Shown: positions 24,901-38,267, numbered from the stretch's first letter. The stretch is 64,000 nucleotides of DNA from Azolla caroliniana (GCA_043228905.1 JBHGNT010000020.1:620001-684000), one strand, 5' to 3'. Program-made: numbers and translations. The notes: a model not told the origin generated them from the letters alone.

Positions 24901-26304
24901 CCAAACCAATAAAGAACACAAAAAGAAGATCTCTACCTGTTATTAGGTAATGCCTATATTGTATGTATGCATGTCCATTGTCTACCCACCCACCCGCTCC
25001 ACTCCACTCCCTTGTGAAAAAATGTTGAACATGCTTCGGGCTTGATGCGTGAGTAGATATTCAAGGGCTTGTAAGAGATATAATAGATGAAGGCGATGAC
25101 CCAGAAAACAAAACAATTGGAACTCGCACTATTCCTCTCCGTTTTTTAAGAATATGAGGTTGAGAGATACCTACTAGTTTTTTACGTACAAAAAAACACA
25201 TACACGCCCGTTGTCGTGGTTTAGACAAGGGAGAAGAGTTTGGAGTGCCACTCTTGCACACGTTTTTCATTCTTACCAAGGCTATATAAACGATTCATTC
25301 ATCACACCATCGGATTCTCGAATCACTTTAGCGGAAGCGTAACTTTTTCCTTTCACAATTAAGGATCGTTCTTGATGAAGTCTTGTGAACGAATAGAATG
25401 ATGTTGACAGAAGAGGAATAGTGAATGGAACGTACAAAAAAAACTTAGGTCCTCCTTTTTCTACCGTAAACTTTCTTTCCCATGCCCACCCTGTCCCACC
25501 TCCACTCCTACCTTCATAATATATGCCCCAAAAGCATCGACTGAGCTGAATCCGCGTGCTTACAATGTACTTCTTAGTACATATGTGACTATAACTACGT
25601 CGATCTATATTACTATTATCGAGGCATTAAGGTGGACTCCACACACACACACACCCTTACACGTTGAGCGATTGAAAACGCTTGCCTTACCTTACTGGAA
25701 GGCACATGAATGTGCCACACGTGGCTTCATCTCAACCACAACCACACGTGAATATAATTGACATGGACACCCATATTCGAAACTTTTATTGTTTCATTCC
25801 CACAGAATCCGTGTTGAACCAACAAACACACTGAGCTAGATGCTTTGGGCCCCTCCGCGCTTGCTCGCAACACGTTATATAATATATGTCCCAAAGGCGC
25901 TCACTTGGCTTCACCACGCTTACAATGTAGCTCTTCGTACGTATATGTAGTTGCATCTCTTACGACTATCGAGGCTTCTAAGATTAAATTACGTACACTT
26001 GTTAAATGGTAATTGATTTGGAATAGCGCCATTCCAAACTAAATGCTCCTATAGATTTGAATACGGGCAACATTCATGGATTAGCTAGGTAGTAGGGGCT
26101 TGTGGAGTGACTACACATTTTTTTGCTTCGTCTCTCTATAGGGCTTGTAGTGCTGCACGCACGGTGCGGTGCAGTACATAGTTTCTTCTATTCTCTCCAT
26201 GCATCCATATCCTTGTTATGTATACATCCAAGAAACTCCTCTCTACCTTTCTCTTCTGTCTCTCTTTTAAGTTTTTTCACGAGACTGTTTTTGCCTTGAC
26301 TGCA

Positions 26305-26470
26305 TGCATAATACATAATACATAATACTTAATACATAATACTTAATACATAATACATAAACTGAAGCCTGTTTCCCTTGACATCCTTAAAATACATAAT
26401 ACATCAACTGAAGCCTGTTTCCCTTGACTGCTCTGCATAAAATACATAATACATAATTGAAGCCTGTTTC
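26305..26470. repeat. ATACATA short repeats and 3 copies of (a)actgaagcctgtttc
   Basis: Directly visible. Confidence 0.8.
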
Positions 26471-26994
26471 GCTCAACTTCGGAGTTTTGTGCTCTGTTTG
26501 AATCGTTTTAACGACAGTATAGTAGCAAGGACGAGAGGGAAATTCCTCTTCGTTTCCCATTCCATTTCATTTCTGGATTCGAAGGAGGTGAACAACCAAC
26601 GCCAACCCTAAGAAAGCAACACACACACACGGGGAAGATAACAAGCAAGCAAATCACCAGAGAAATTAGGGTTTGTGCATCTGCCTGTATTGCCTTCTTT
26701 TTCTTCTTCTTCATAATCTCCACCACCACCGCCATCACCGTACGCCTTCTTCTTCTTCATCATCATCTTCTTCATCATCGAAGCTCAATCTCAATCGTAT
26801 TCATCATCGCTGTCATCATCATCATCGCTGTCTTCTTCTTCTTCTTCATTGACGCTCGATCATCCATCATGAACTATTTGTCAACAGTTTGTCTTCGCAG
26901 GATTTCTCAAGTGCTTCCAGCTTTTGTCTCTCCTTCCATCCATTTCTTTCCTGGGAATAAGAGAAGAAGAAGAAGAAGAAGAGATACGCTCCGG

Positions 26995-28530
26995 GTTTCA
27001 CCTGATGGAATTCTTGTTCAGAATTTCTATGTAAGTTTGCAGTCTTTGCTTAAATGACATCTCATGAGTTCTGCCTGCTGGACTTCTTGTTTCCCCTGAT
27101 GGACTTCTCGTTCAGAACTCGTAATTCCTACGTAAGTTCACAGTCTGTGCTTCAATGACATCTCATGAGTTCTGCCTGATGGATTTCTTGTTTCACCTAA
27201 TGGACTTCTAGTCCAAAATTCCTATGTAAGTTCACAGTCTGTGCTTCAACCACATTTCATGAATTCCACCTGATGGACTTCTGGTTTAGAATTTCGATGT
27301 AAGTTCACAGTCTTTGCTACAATTACACCTGATAAGATTGCATGAGACATCAAAATCTCTTCCCTTAATTCCTTAATCTCATCTTATTTCATCACAGCCT
27401 CTTTTTCTATGAGACATCACTTTTACATGAGAAATCTGCATGTCAGAACACAGTTCTCCTTCGTTTGGTGAAGAAATGATAAAGAAACCGTGAATCTTGA
27501 TACGATGCAAATTCCTCTCTCTCTCTCTCGTTCTCTTTTGCCAATCTATCGGATTTCTTGCACAGAGATCCATGTCAGAGTGCAACTTTCCTGGAATAAA
27601 TCTCTTCATTTTTCAAAGAAATTACAAGGAAATGTGAATTGATGTGTTGCTAGTCTCTCTCTCTCTCACCTCTCCTCTTTCTCGTAACTTTTTTCCTTGA
27701 TTCTCGAATCTCATGAAAGGTCCGTTTAATAACAGTCTCTTTTGCCTGCGAGATATCTTTATCACATGATAAATCTGCATGTCAGACCACAGTTTTGTCC
27801 TCCGTTTTATGAACAAATGATAAGGGAACGGTGAATCTTGGATGGATGAAAATTCCTCTCTCGTGCTCACATAATTTCTAGCGAATCTAATGGATTTGTT
27901 TCGTAGAATTCCATGTCGAGCATGCTTCACTTAAAACAATCTATTCATTTTCTCAAGAAATGATATGGAAATGTGAATTTGAACTGATACAATTCCCTCT
28001 TTGTCTCTTCCCCCTCTTAATCCTTCCTTCTTTCTGCTTTTTACTCATCTCCTTTTCATCAGAAATCTGCACCATAGATCACAGTTTCCTTCGTTCTATG
28101 TATGAAGAAATGATAAGAAATTGTGAATCTTACTATGGAAATCCCTCTCTCATTTTTGTTCATAATTTGTAGTGAAGCTAATGGACTTCTTTCACAGAAT
28201 TCCCTTGTAGAACACAGTTTCCCTTAGTTAAATCTACTCAGTTTCTCAAGAAATGATACGGAAATGTGTTTTTCATTTGGTGCAAGTCTCTCTCACTCTC
28301 TAACATTTCTTCTTCGTATTTATATGTGAGACATGATTCCAATTTGTGAAGAATTTATATGTAATTTTGATTTTTGAGGTGATGTTTTCTATAAGTTGTG
28401 CAAGTCTCTCTCACTCTCTAACATTTCTTCTTCGTATTTATATGTGAGACATGAGATTACATTTCCCAATTTGTGAAGAATTTATATGTAATTTTGATTT
28501 TTGAAGTGATGTTTTCTATAAGTTGTGCCA
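26995..28530. repeat. Layered diverged tandem repeats: cctgatggacttct...gtaagttcacagtct units (27000-27330), about 330-bp units (27400-28280), and a duplication of about 117 bp (28280-28525)
   Basis: aaatctgcatgtcaga.cacagtt recurs at about 27432, 27771 and 28063. gtgcaagtctctctcactctctaacatttc at about 28280 and 28397. Confidence 0.8.
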
Positions 28531-28659
28531 ACTTTCCTTGCACTTTAATCTAATTGACTTGTTATCGAGAATTCTATGTAAGTTACATTTTCTTTTATAC
28601 AATCTATTCTATTTTTGAACTAATGATGGGAAATTTTCTGAATTTAAATATTTGTTTTT

Positions 28660-30690
28660 AGGCTCGAACTCTTGCTCTCCTTGAGCAACAATAACATATG
28701 CTGATTATTTGTGTTATATTATTTTCCCAGTATATGTTTTGGATACCTGTATCCAGCTTACATGTGCTTCTCAGCGCTTAATTCTAGCAAGCCAAAATTT
28801 GAGCAGTTGCGGACATGGTGTCGATATTGGTATGAAATAAGTCTCTTGATTTGTACCATGTAACTGAGAAAAGCTGTCCTGTCTATATTACGGCAAATAT
28901 TTTTGGTCCTCATAATCATTTATCCTTGAATCTCAAAGTTTATGGAGCATAAGCACCTATTCTGTTTTCTTATATGATGTATGCATGTCAAGTGAGACAT
29001 AGGTTTTGATGATTAGAAGTGACTTCGTTTTATATGTGCTGCCTTTTTCCTAAATCTCTTATCTCTTGGAAGCCTGCTATGTTGATTTGTTTTTTTTTGG
29101 TATTTGATTCTAGTCACTCCCTCTCACTCTCTCTAAATATATGACAATGGCCGTTTTTGCTTGTAGGATGATCATGGCCGTTTTTACTGGAGTTGAGAGA
29201 GTGGCAGACACATTTATATCATGGTATTTATCCATCGGAATTCTATGGAAGTAAGGTAGTTTTGAACATCCATTAATCTCTGTATGTTGCCTATGCAGGG
29301 TACCATTCTATAGTGGAAGTAAAGTAGCTCTCATAGTTTATCTATGGCTGCCGGATACAAAGGTATGAGCAGACACAAACATAGTTTATAGTCATTATAC
29401 TGCAACGTGAATGAGGCAAATGTTTGGCTGTGTTAAAAGAGTTACACATCATTATGGATTCTTCACTGTTTACGGAAGCGAAAAGGAATGTAACTTAGAA
29501 TCGATTATCATATTTCTCACAAGGACAATGATTCATTTTTGTGCCTGAGCATTCTCTTTACACAAACAAAGCATTCTCTTATTTTCTTTTTAAAATGTCC
29601 ACAATTTTTGTCACACAATAATGGTTTGCCAGGGTGCATCGCACTAAATCACTGTTTTCCTCTGAGGGACAGATGAGATCAAGTGATTTTAAATGCTAAT
29701 AATGAACATTAAACTGATCCAAGCTAGTTCCGTAATACATGTCTGTGCTAGTCATAGTTTGTTGGAAGTCACATGTTTAGTCATAATCAAAATATAATGC
29801 TACGATACCCGATGGTGTTTTCTTGGGTTTCATTTCAGATTATGTCAGGGTATTTTTAGGCAAGCCTAATCTCAAATTTGATCATTGTGGGGCTCAAAAA
29901 GTGTTAGATGTTTCATTATAATAACTGTTACAGTATCATTGTTCTCAGGGTGCAGACTATATATATGAAACATACATAGAGCCCTTCTTCTGTCAGCATT
30001 TACAATCTTTGGACCAGAACCAGTTTCATTTAAGGAATAAACTGGTGGAGATATCAAAATCTCTGTGCAGCAAAGTGTTGCTTGCCATGCAGCTGAAGCT
30101 TATTGAAGTAATTTGTGAGAATGCCGCGACTTTTCATCCCGTGGTAAGCATCGTTTTCAACATAAAAGCGTTATTGAATTGGGTACCTTGACATGTAGGA
30201 TTTTAGAATTCATTCTTTGATGAAGGTAAGTTGTGAAGAATTTGTATTTGTTGAATTTATTTTTAGCCGATTGTATTTATGAAGAAGCTCTTTCTATTCA
30301 ATTCAGGTCCAATCTCTGGTTTCGAGTTACACCTCATGCTATACAGAAGCGCCTGCAGAGAATATTTTAATTCATCAACCAACACAAGCTCAAAGTTTAG
30401 GATCAACAATGGTGATTCCAAACGGTAAAGAGCTATTTCTGGTAGTGGCACCAAAAGATGCTATTGCTAATGATGATAAGCATGAAGCTGATTTCGAGAT
30501 ACTGGATTCTTCTGATGTTCAATTATCTACATCAAATATCTATGCATCAACTAAAGTTGAGACACATGTGCCTATGGAATCAATGAAAACAAATATCTAT
30601 GGATTAAGATTTAGGTTTCGATGGTGGAGGCACCAACATCAAAATGAGAAGACAGTCATCACTCCTTGGGCCAAAAGAAAGCACTAGGAT
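28660..30690 (+). other. Series of short exon-like segments with canonical splice sites (lncRNA, pseudogene or captured fragments)
   Basis: Acceptor/donor pairs, for example tgtag|..|gtaagg (about 29167-29250), gcag|..|gtatga (about 29299-29362), cag|..|gtaagc (about 30093-30143), tgtag|..|gtaagt (about 30199-30225). No recognisable domain. Confidence 0.3.
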
Positions 30691-31000
30691 TTGAGGATCA
30701 AGTCTTCTTGGTAATAGGATAGTCACAGGGCTCACTTATTGTGCGGGAATGTTTTGACCATTTATATACATTCTATACGAACATCTATCCGATTGTAAAT
30801 AGAAGCACAATATCCGTCCGTTCATAAAAGATTTGGACATGGTGCCATATGTCCATTTTCAGGTTTTTGAAATCTAATGAAAAGTGATGTTCGTTTGAGC
30901 CCAATATTGAAATCCACCTTATCTGGTTATGGAAAAATAAACTATATATGTAGTAGTAAGTTCTTGAGTTTTGGCTACAGATGCTCGAATGGTTAGTATC

Positions 31001-31058
31001 AAAAGTTAAACGGGCAACTTCATGAGTTGCACATGGTTTTGAGTAATGACTACACTAG
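31001..31058 (+). mobile_element. Helitron-like 3' terminus (hairpin plus CTAG|T); related copies at about 32215-32272 and 26060-26117
   Basis: Palindrome GCAACT-tcatg-AGTTGC followed by ...gactacaCTAG|t. Confidence 0.45.
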
Positions 31059-32291
31059 TAATACAATATAGGTTATATTATTTCCTATTCTTTTCTATTT
31101 GTCACAACATTACGATTCTTTTGTTAGTGATTTGTAACCATGTATAATTCTGTATCTATTGAGTTTAATGAGGGGTTTCACTCCTTGTATGATTGATACT
31201 ACCATCAACATGCAAATGATATGAAGTTTCTATGTTAAAAGCCCCAAATGCAATTGTAAATTGTGTACTATAGATGGTAGCATCAGCAACTTGAGCCTCA
31301 TTTAATGTAATTGCAAATTACATGAATGACTTAGAGCTGCTTTGTGATAGAGAAAAAAAAGCATAGAGTTCAAGTTAATTATATAGATAATTTCTTGACC
31401 AAGCCTTATGGAGAAGACTTATACATGTATCCTGTCATGGGATCATGCAGATATATTCGAATCTCCCTATCAAATCATATTTAGTGAAAGGTGCATTGAT
31501 TTCACACCCCTTTCACACACAAAACCCCTTCCACACTTCCTTTGAATTTGTTATATACCCCCTCCCCCCACTTTCGAAAATTGCTAAACTTACCCCTCCC
31601 TCTTTTTTGTAATGAGCCCCACCCTATTTTCCCCTCTATTTCCTCACATACCCCCGCCACTATGTATAACTCCTTTGCCCCTCCCCCATTTCTAATATAG
31701 CCACTCATATAACCCTCCACCTTTTCTTAATAATTCCATACACGCCCCTCCCTTGTTTTTTTCATATAATGTGGAAAAGAAACCCCCCTAATTTAGTTCT
31801 TATAACAGCTAAAACAAATCATCACCCCCCAACTAAAGCTCCAATTTATACGTCCAAACCAAAAAACGGACAACGAGGCATGCTAAACGAATTAGATGCC
31901 TTACATCCTTGTAAACATCTTTTTTACATACTAGATAGGCCCCCTTTAACACGTGATACGTAGATGTGGCTAGGTAGAACAAACTCACATTTCCCCTTCT
32001 CCCCATACACTACAAACTCACATATTAGAAAACCACAAACCAAATATTGGACTCCTCTCCTTAGGAAACCTATAATTAATAGTAGGATCCACAACCACTC
32101 TGATTATTCCCTCTCTAAACATGAGACACAACTCCTTATCCTAGGTTAAAACACATCTTTCCCACCATCACCTCCTACCTTAATTAAACAATTTATGCTC
32201 AAATAGTTAGTAACAAAAGTTAAACAAGCAACTTCATGAGTTGCATGTGGCTTTAAATTATGACTACACAAGCCATAGAATATACGTTTTT

Positions 32292-32743
32292 TGTTGAGAA
32301 TCAAGCTCAACCTAACCTTGTGTGTGAATACACCCTTTGAGAATCTATGAGCACTCAAAGGTCAAAAGTCACATCACTACTCTGTACACATTAATTATGT
32401 GTCATAGAATCATATTCTATGACATATAACTAATGAGTTTCATATTCCCCATAACTAATGAGCCTCCACATTCCCCAAGAGAGAGTGGTTGTTGTAATGA
32501 GTTAATGAAGAGAGAGGGTGACCTTATTTAAAGCACCCTCCTACTTCATAGAGTGTCAGTTGTCCTCCCTTTTAATGAGACATTTTTGTATCTCATATTC
32601 TTTGTTAATTAATATACATCTTCTTCTTGAGTAATCTATTTTTCAATTCTATCTAATCTAACTTGTGTTTCTCTTCTCTCCTCTCTCTTATACACATAAC
32701 ACACATCTCTTCCGCTACACAGAATCATATCTGATTCTTTACA
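32292..32743 (+). mobile_element. Solo LTR (copia family) with 5-bp TSD TTTTT
   Basis: TG...CA termini (tgttgagaat...ttctttaca). TTTTT on both flanks. Homologous to the LTR at 34610-35044. Confidence 0.88.
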
Positions 32744-32815
32744 TTTTTGTTGATCGTCGAGTCTTTACAAGGAGTGTGAGTAGCCTAAATCATCACCAAA
32801 TGCATTCTTTCTTTC

Positions 32816-35044
32816 TGTCGAAGATAAGAGGCCAGCCACAACCGGTTAACGCGTTCAAATGAGAGACACAAAGATCAAGACAACAAACAACAGACAAGAT
32901 AAAGTAGAAAGTACAGAGACACAGATTTTACGTGGAAAACCTTGAATGGGAAAAACCACGGGAGTCCACAAACTCCGGACTATATCACTATGGTAGGAGG
33001 AAATACACAAGAAAATCTAAGGCAACAACCTTAAGTTCCTCTTCGTCTGGCGATGGTTACAACAGAGTTGTTACACTCACACACTCTCTCTCCTACACAC
33101 TAGTTACAACAATGCTAACACACACAACATAATGATTTTCCCTAAATGTATTTATACTAATACGTACTATGGGTTATTTACAAATATAGCATATCTTAGA
33201 TGCACCAAAACATATTTACAAATATGTTCAATTTCAGATACCTCTTCGGATTCAGCCGGATGCCTTTTGGCCAGTCCGACTTCATGTCTTGTCGCTATCT
33301 CTTTTAGACCCATCCAATCCAGTTCTCAAACTTCGAACTCCAATCCGGGTCTTGCTTATCCCATCCGGAGAGACCTATTTCCTAACAAACTCCCCATTCA
33401 CTCCGATATGGTCGGGCCAGAGGCCGACATAAAGTTCGCTCTGTCTCATTACGAACAATCCACTATAGTCGCCGTATTCGAAGTTGGTGGTGTAATTGGT
33501 GAGTTGTCGGCTTCTAGAAGCCGACTCACTCTTCTTCTTTCGACACTCCTCTTCATGGTGACCTATTTTGCCACAATATCCACATTTGATGGGATTGTTT
33601 TGTCGGCTTAGTCTGGCATGGAAGCTCCCCCTTCTTCCAAATGTTCCTCAATTGTTTCTACTTTCTTGATGAAATTGGGAGTAGTTTTCATAGGTCAGAC
33701 CTTGTCTGCCTTGTCCTTGGCCAAATCAGTCTGTTCTAGCATGATTGCGTTGTCTTCCTCCATCCAAGTGTGTGTAGAGCATATGGCCTTCCGAGGTGGT
33801 TCTCTTGATTCGAACATGGTTTTCTTCAACCAATAAAATTGATTGAAGATCGAAGAAACATGGATGATTCTTTCTTGTTAGGATGACAGTTCTCATCGCG
33901 CCGAACCGTGGCGCGAGACCGCATAGGCATATTTGGATCATCTCATCATTCTCCACATTGACACTTATTGAGCCGAGTGAATCACAAAACTCCTTGATCT
34001 TCAAGGTGTAGCTTGTGATGGATATGTCCCTTTGTTGGACATTGTTCAACTCTTGGTGGGGTTGAAGCTTTCGTGCACCATCGTATTGGCGGTGAATATT
34101 TTCTTGAGATTTTCCCAAGCTTCTTTCAACGTCTTGGCTTCCCGAATGTAGTCAAGCATGTGGTCATAGACACATGTCACCAAGCAATACATCACTCGAC
34201 TTGCTACTTCCTGCCATGTTGAGTAGTCGATGTCCTTTGGGTTGGGTTTGTTTTCTTGTGCTCATTTAATGTAGCCCCAATAGCCTTGTTCGACAAGGTA
34301 TTGGTGCACCTTGTATTCCCAAGATGCAAGGTTGTTTCGATCTATCTTCTCGCTGGGAAGAGAGCTACCCATTTGAGTATTCATGATGGCCGATGTAGAT
34401 TTCTTTCTTCTTTTTCTTCTCTCTTGGACACGAGCTATGTAGTCGCTCTACGATAGTGATGAGCTAGTTCTTCTTGAATCATCGGCGTAGAACACAACAC
34501 CTATGTAGTCGCTCTATGATAGTGATGAGCTAGTTCTTCTTGAATCGTCGGCGTAGAACACAACACACAAGGATGGGCTAGATTGAGCTACCAAATTGCT
34601 TTGATACCATGTAAAGAATCGAGAGTGATTCTATGCAATGGAATAAATTAGAGATGTGTGTTATGTGTGTGTGAAAGATGAGAAAGGAGAGACAGAAGAT
34701 AGATAGGAAAATAGAATACTCAAAATGTATATTGACAAGGAGTAGAGAATAGCAAGTACAACGATAATAACATTACATGGAAGATTAACCGACACTTACA
34801 AAGTAGGCGGATGGTGCTTTATATAAGGTCACCCTCTCACTAAACCACTCACTCACTCTCTAACAACTAGAGAAGCTCATGTATCATGGGGAATGTGGAA
34901 CTCATTAGTTATCTATCATATATTATGATTCTATGACATATAATTAATGTTAGAAAGTAGTGGTGACCTTTGACCTTTGAGTGTAGATACATTCTCAAAA
35001 AAGGTGTTCACACACTAGACTTGGGTTGAGTTTGATTCTCAACA
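32816..35044 (-). mobile_element. Chimeric or deleted copia: 5' LTR 34610-35044, PBS-Met 34598-34609, gag pseudogene about 33450-34385, PPT about 33389-33400, unrelated 3' LTR 32816-33387
   Basis: PBS TGGTATCAAAGC (minus strand). Gag YTLKIKEFCDSLGSI...FDLQSILLVEENH and zinc knuckle CGYCGKIGHHEEEC. GGGGAG-TT-TGTTAGG PPT/LTR junction. The two LTRs share no visible similarity. 66-bp tandem duplication at 34435-34566. Confidence 0.75.
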
Positions 35045-35689
35045 TTGACCGAGGTCGATGCCTGAAGAGAAGGGCAAGAAGTATTTTCCCAAATACCCTT
35101 CTAGATACAATATAGTTTTCCCGTTTTAATTTTCCTTTCCTTACCTTCTTTAACATTTTACATGACTTGGACCCATTATTTATAAACTTAATTCCTTAAA
35201 TACCCTCCTACATACCAATGTTCTAAACTATAAACAATACACATTTCCCTCACATAAACATGACACTCACATACATATTATACCTAAACATACTTTATAT
35301 ACATACAAAGCATAGAACACAAACAAAATGAACATACATAGATACATATTAAGCACACCTATATACCTTCACAAGCAAGCAATTACTATTATATACCTAC
35401 GTTCAAACTCATACACCTACATATATAAATATTTACAAATATATTTCTATAAAAAAACACTCATTTGGCTAGCAGTCTGGAGGAGAGAGGAGCAGCGAAG
35501 TAGCAGAGCGGCGCACTAGTCCACGGCAAAGATTTGCGGTGTGAGCGTCTCACTAGGAGGTCCGGCACAGCGGAGCAGGAGCCGTTTTGAACCACGATAG
35601 TGTAGGGAGGAGGTCTGCAAATGTGGGGGTACAGAAGCCTCCCACTGCTCATTTCGACACAGAAGCCTCTCCTCCATGTCGTTGCTACA

Positions 35690-36055
35690 TCGCCCTCCTC
35701 TAGTTTGAGGAGTAGATCATTTAGGGTTTCCCCTCCCCTAGTCCGAGAAGTGGGACAAACCCCCCCCCCCCCACTCCCCAGTTCGAGAAATGGGCACATT
35801 TCGAAGAGGGACCCCCCCCAACCCCACACAATTCAAGGAATGACCCCCCCCTCCCCCCAACCCCTAGTTCGAGGAGTGGGACACCCACTCCCCCCCCATT
35901 TCGAAAAGTGGGTCCCCCCCACCCCTAGTTCGACAAGTGAGAACCCACCAACCATAGTTTGAGTAGGTGGGCCCCCACTCCCGTAACCCCCCCCCCCCAA
36001 AAAAGAAGAAGAAGAAGAAGAAGAAGAAGAAGAAGAAGAAGAAGAAGAAGAAGGC
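35690..36055. repeat. About 6-7 copies of CTAGTTCGAGRAGTGGG separated by C-rich spacers, followed by (GAA)n
   Basis: Copies near 35700, 35737, 35779, 35864, 35899, 35924 and 35954. GAA tract at about 36003-36052. Confidence 0.75.
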
Positions 36056-36121
36056 AACCCCCCAAATACATTGGAAGACTCCGTCAATCATGGAAACTTT
36101 GAACATTGCCCCTATTGATCA

Positions 36122-37745
36122 TGTTAGGAAATGGAGTCTATGGTGATTGCAATGCAACGGAAGGTGAACGTAGGTGTGTGTATGTGTAACAACAGAGAGA
36201 GAGAGAGAGAGAGCTCAAGAGAGAGAGCTCAAGAGAGAGAGATAGACAAAGGCCTATATTATCTTAACGAAACAAAATACATCCAACGTTAACTAAGTTA
36301 CAATGAGTTGGTTTATATACCAACTAAGCTAGGGCAAGCACCCTTTCTACTATTTACAAAACTAGCATGGAATGTCCATGAGCTAGTGTGAAACCTATAT
36401 ATGGGAAGTTGAGTTCGATTCTCAACATGCCCCTTCGAACACAACTTCCATATGTCGAAAAGTCGTTCGGTTCGTACTTCGACTTGTCTAGTCGCCTGTG
36501 TTGCGTATTGCGTAGCCTATCCGTGCTACATCTACGTACTCCCCCTCAAGCTCGGCAATGTGGACGACGTGAGACCAAGATCCGATGCAAATTGCCTGAG
36601 CTTGTTGATGCCCAAGGCCTTTGTAAAGATATCAGCGACTTGTAGGTGCGTGTTGATGTGTTGGAGGTCAATTTCTCCGGCCTGAACGCGCTTGCGGATG
36701 AAGTGGTAGTGCACTTCGATGTGTTTAATCTGTGAGTGAAATACGGGGTTATGCGCGAGGTAGATACTACTCATGTTGTCGTAGTACAGACATATTGGAT
36801 CTTTGATGGGTACGCCCAGATCTTTTAGTATACGCTTAAGCCATACAATTTCGCATGTGGCGATTGCCGCGCCCCTGTATTCGGCTTCCATGCTCGACAA
36901 TGCGACTGTTGGCTGTTTCTTGCTGATCCAAGAGATCGGTCCACTGCCGAGGGAGAAGACGAATCAGGATGTGGATCGTCTATCCTCTTTGTATCCTGCC
37001 CAGTCCGCGTCTGTGTACCCTTCAAGTCGAATGGTCGTATTCGACTTATACAAGATGCCATAATCCACTGTTGTGCTGACATACCGTAGTATCCTCTTAG
37101 CGCAATCGAGGTGAAGGTTTCTTGGATTCTGCATGAATTGGCTAAGTAGGCTGACCAAATCACTGAGATCGGGTCGCGTAATGGTTAGGTAGATTAGACT
37201 GCCGATCAGTTGACGATACTGAGTCGACTCGCTCGCGGCCGTGCCAGTGCTGGCATCGATCTTGAGATTACGTCCAAGAGGGGTAGTCACAGGTTTGCAC
37301 TCTGTCATTTCAAACTTGTAGACTAAGTTGAGAATGTAGTGCCGTTGTGAGATCATGATCCCGACTGGTGTCCGAATTACTTCAATACCTAGAAAGTAAT
37401 GAAGTTCGTGCATGTCCTTCATTTTGAATCTGCCGGAAAGAAGTGATTTAACTTCGTTAATCTCAACAAGATTCTTTCCTCCGATAACTAAGTCATCCAC
37501 GTATAGAATGATGACTATCAGGCTATCCGACTCATTTCGGATGTACATAGATGTATCGGATTTTGACATCTGAAATCCAACTTGGTGAAGATACTACATG
37601 ATCTTCGAGTGCCAAGCAGGCGGTGCTTGTTTGAGGCCATAGAGTGGCTTCTTGAGTCGGCATACAGCGTGCAGATGATTACACGATTCGAATCTGGGTG
37701 GTTGTGACATATACACCTATTCTTCTAGCTCTCCTTGGAGGAAAG
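36122..37745 (-). mobile_element. Copia element F, 3' part (3' LTR about 36122-36427, RT/RNase H pseudogene); interrupted at 37745 by element E
   Basis: ILYVDDLVI, YTDADWAG, SSMEAEYRG, KHIEVHYHFIR, QVADIFTKAL, ending SLRGST*. PPT gaaggggca-TGTTGAG on the minus strand. Confidence 0.9.
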
Positions 37746-38267
37746 TGTTGAGCGGCAAGATCAACCGGATCCGGATCGGCATCTGCTGGATCGGTGAGAC
37801 GGATCGGACGGATCGGCGAGTTGGTGAGTTGGGGAACCAGTTAGCCGGATCCAGCAGTAACCAGAAGCCTAGTAATAGCTTAGATTACTAGGTAGTTATT
37901 GTCTCGTAGTTAGTGTCAGACGCTCGTGTGAGCATTGAAGTACGCTATACTTCTGTCAGTCCCGTGAGGACTTGTATAAATAGTGCTATTGAGCACGTTG
38001 TATGTACAGAGTGTTGATATAATTTTTTGAATTTAGATTCTTGTTCTGCTCTCTCTATCTCTCCCGAGTACTCTCTGTATTCTGTGTATTATTCTCTCTC
38101 TCTCTCTCTCTCTGCTACTACACATCCAAGTTGTTGTCTTACGCTTCCACACATACGTTTTCACATGGTATCAGAGCGTGAGGGTTGAAGACCTCTACAG
38201 CCGACATTTGCTTTCGCAAGACAAACCCTACAGGTTGTGAGAACAGAACAGTAGACAAAGAAAAAAG

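Noticed and set aside
35690-36000. CRISPR-like repeat-spacer appearance
   Set aside because: Eukaryotic context, degenerate repeats, low-complexity spacers of irregular length, and no cas genes.
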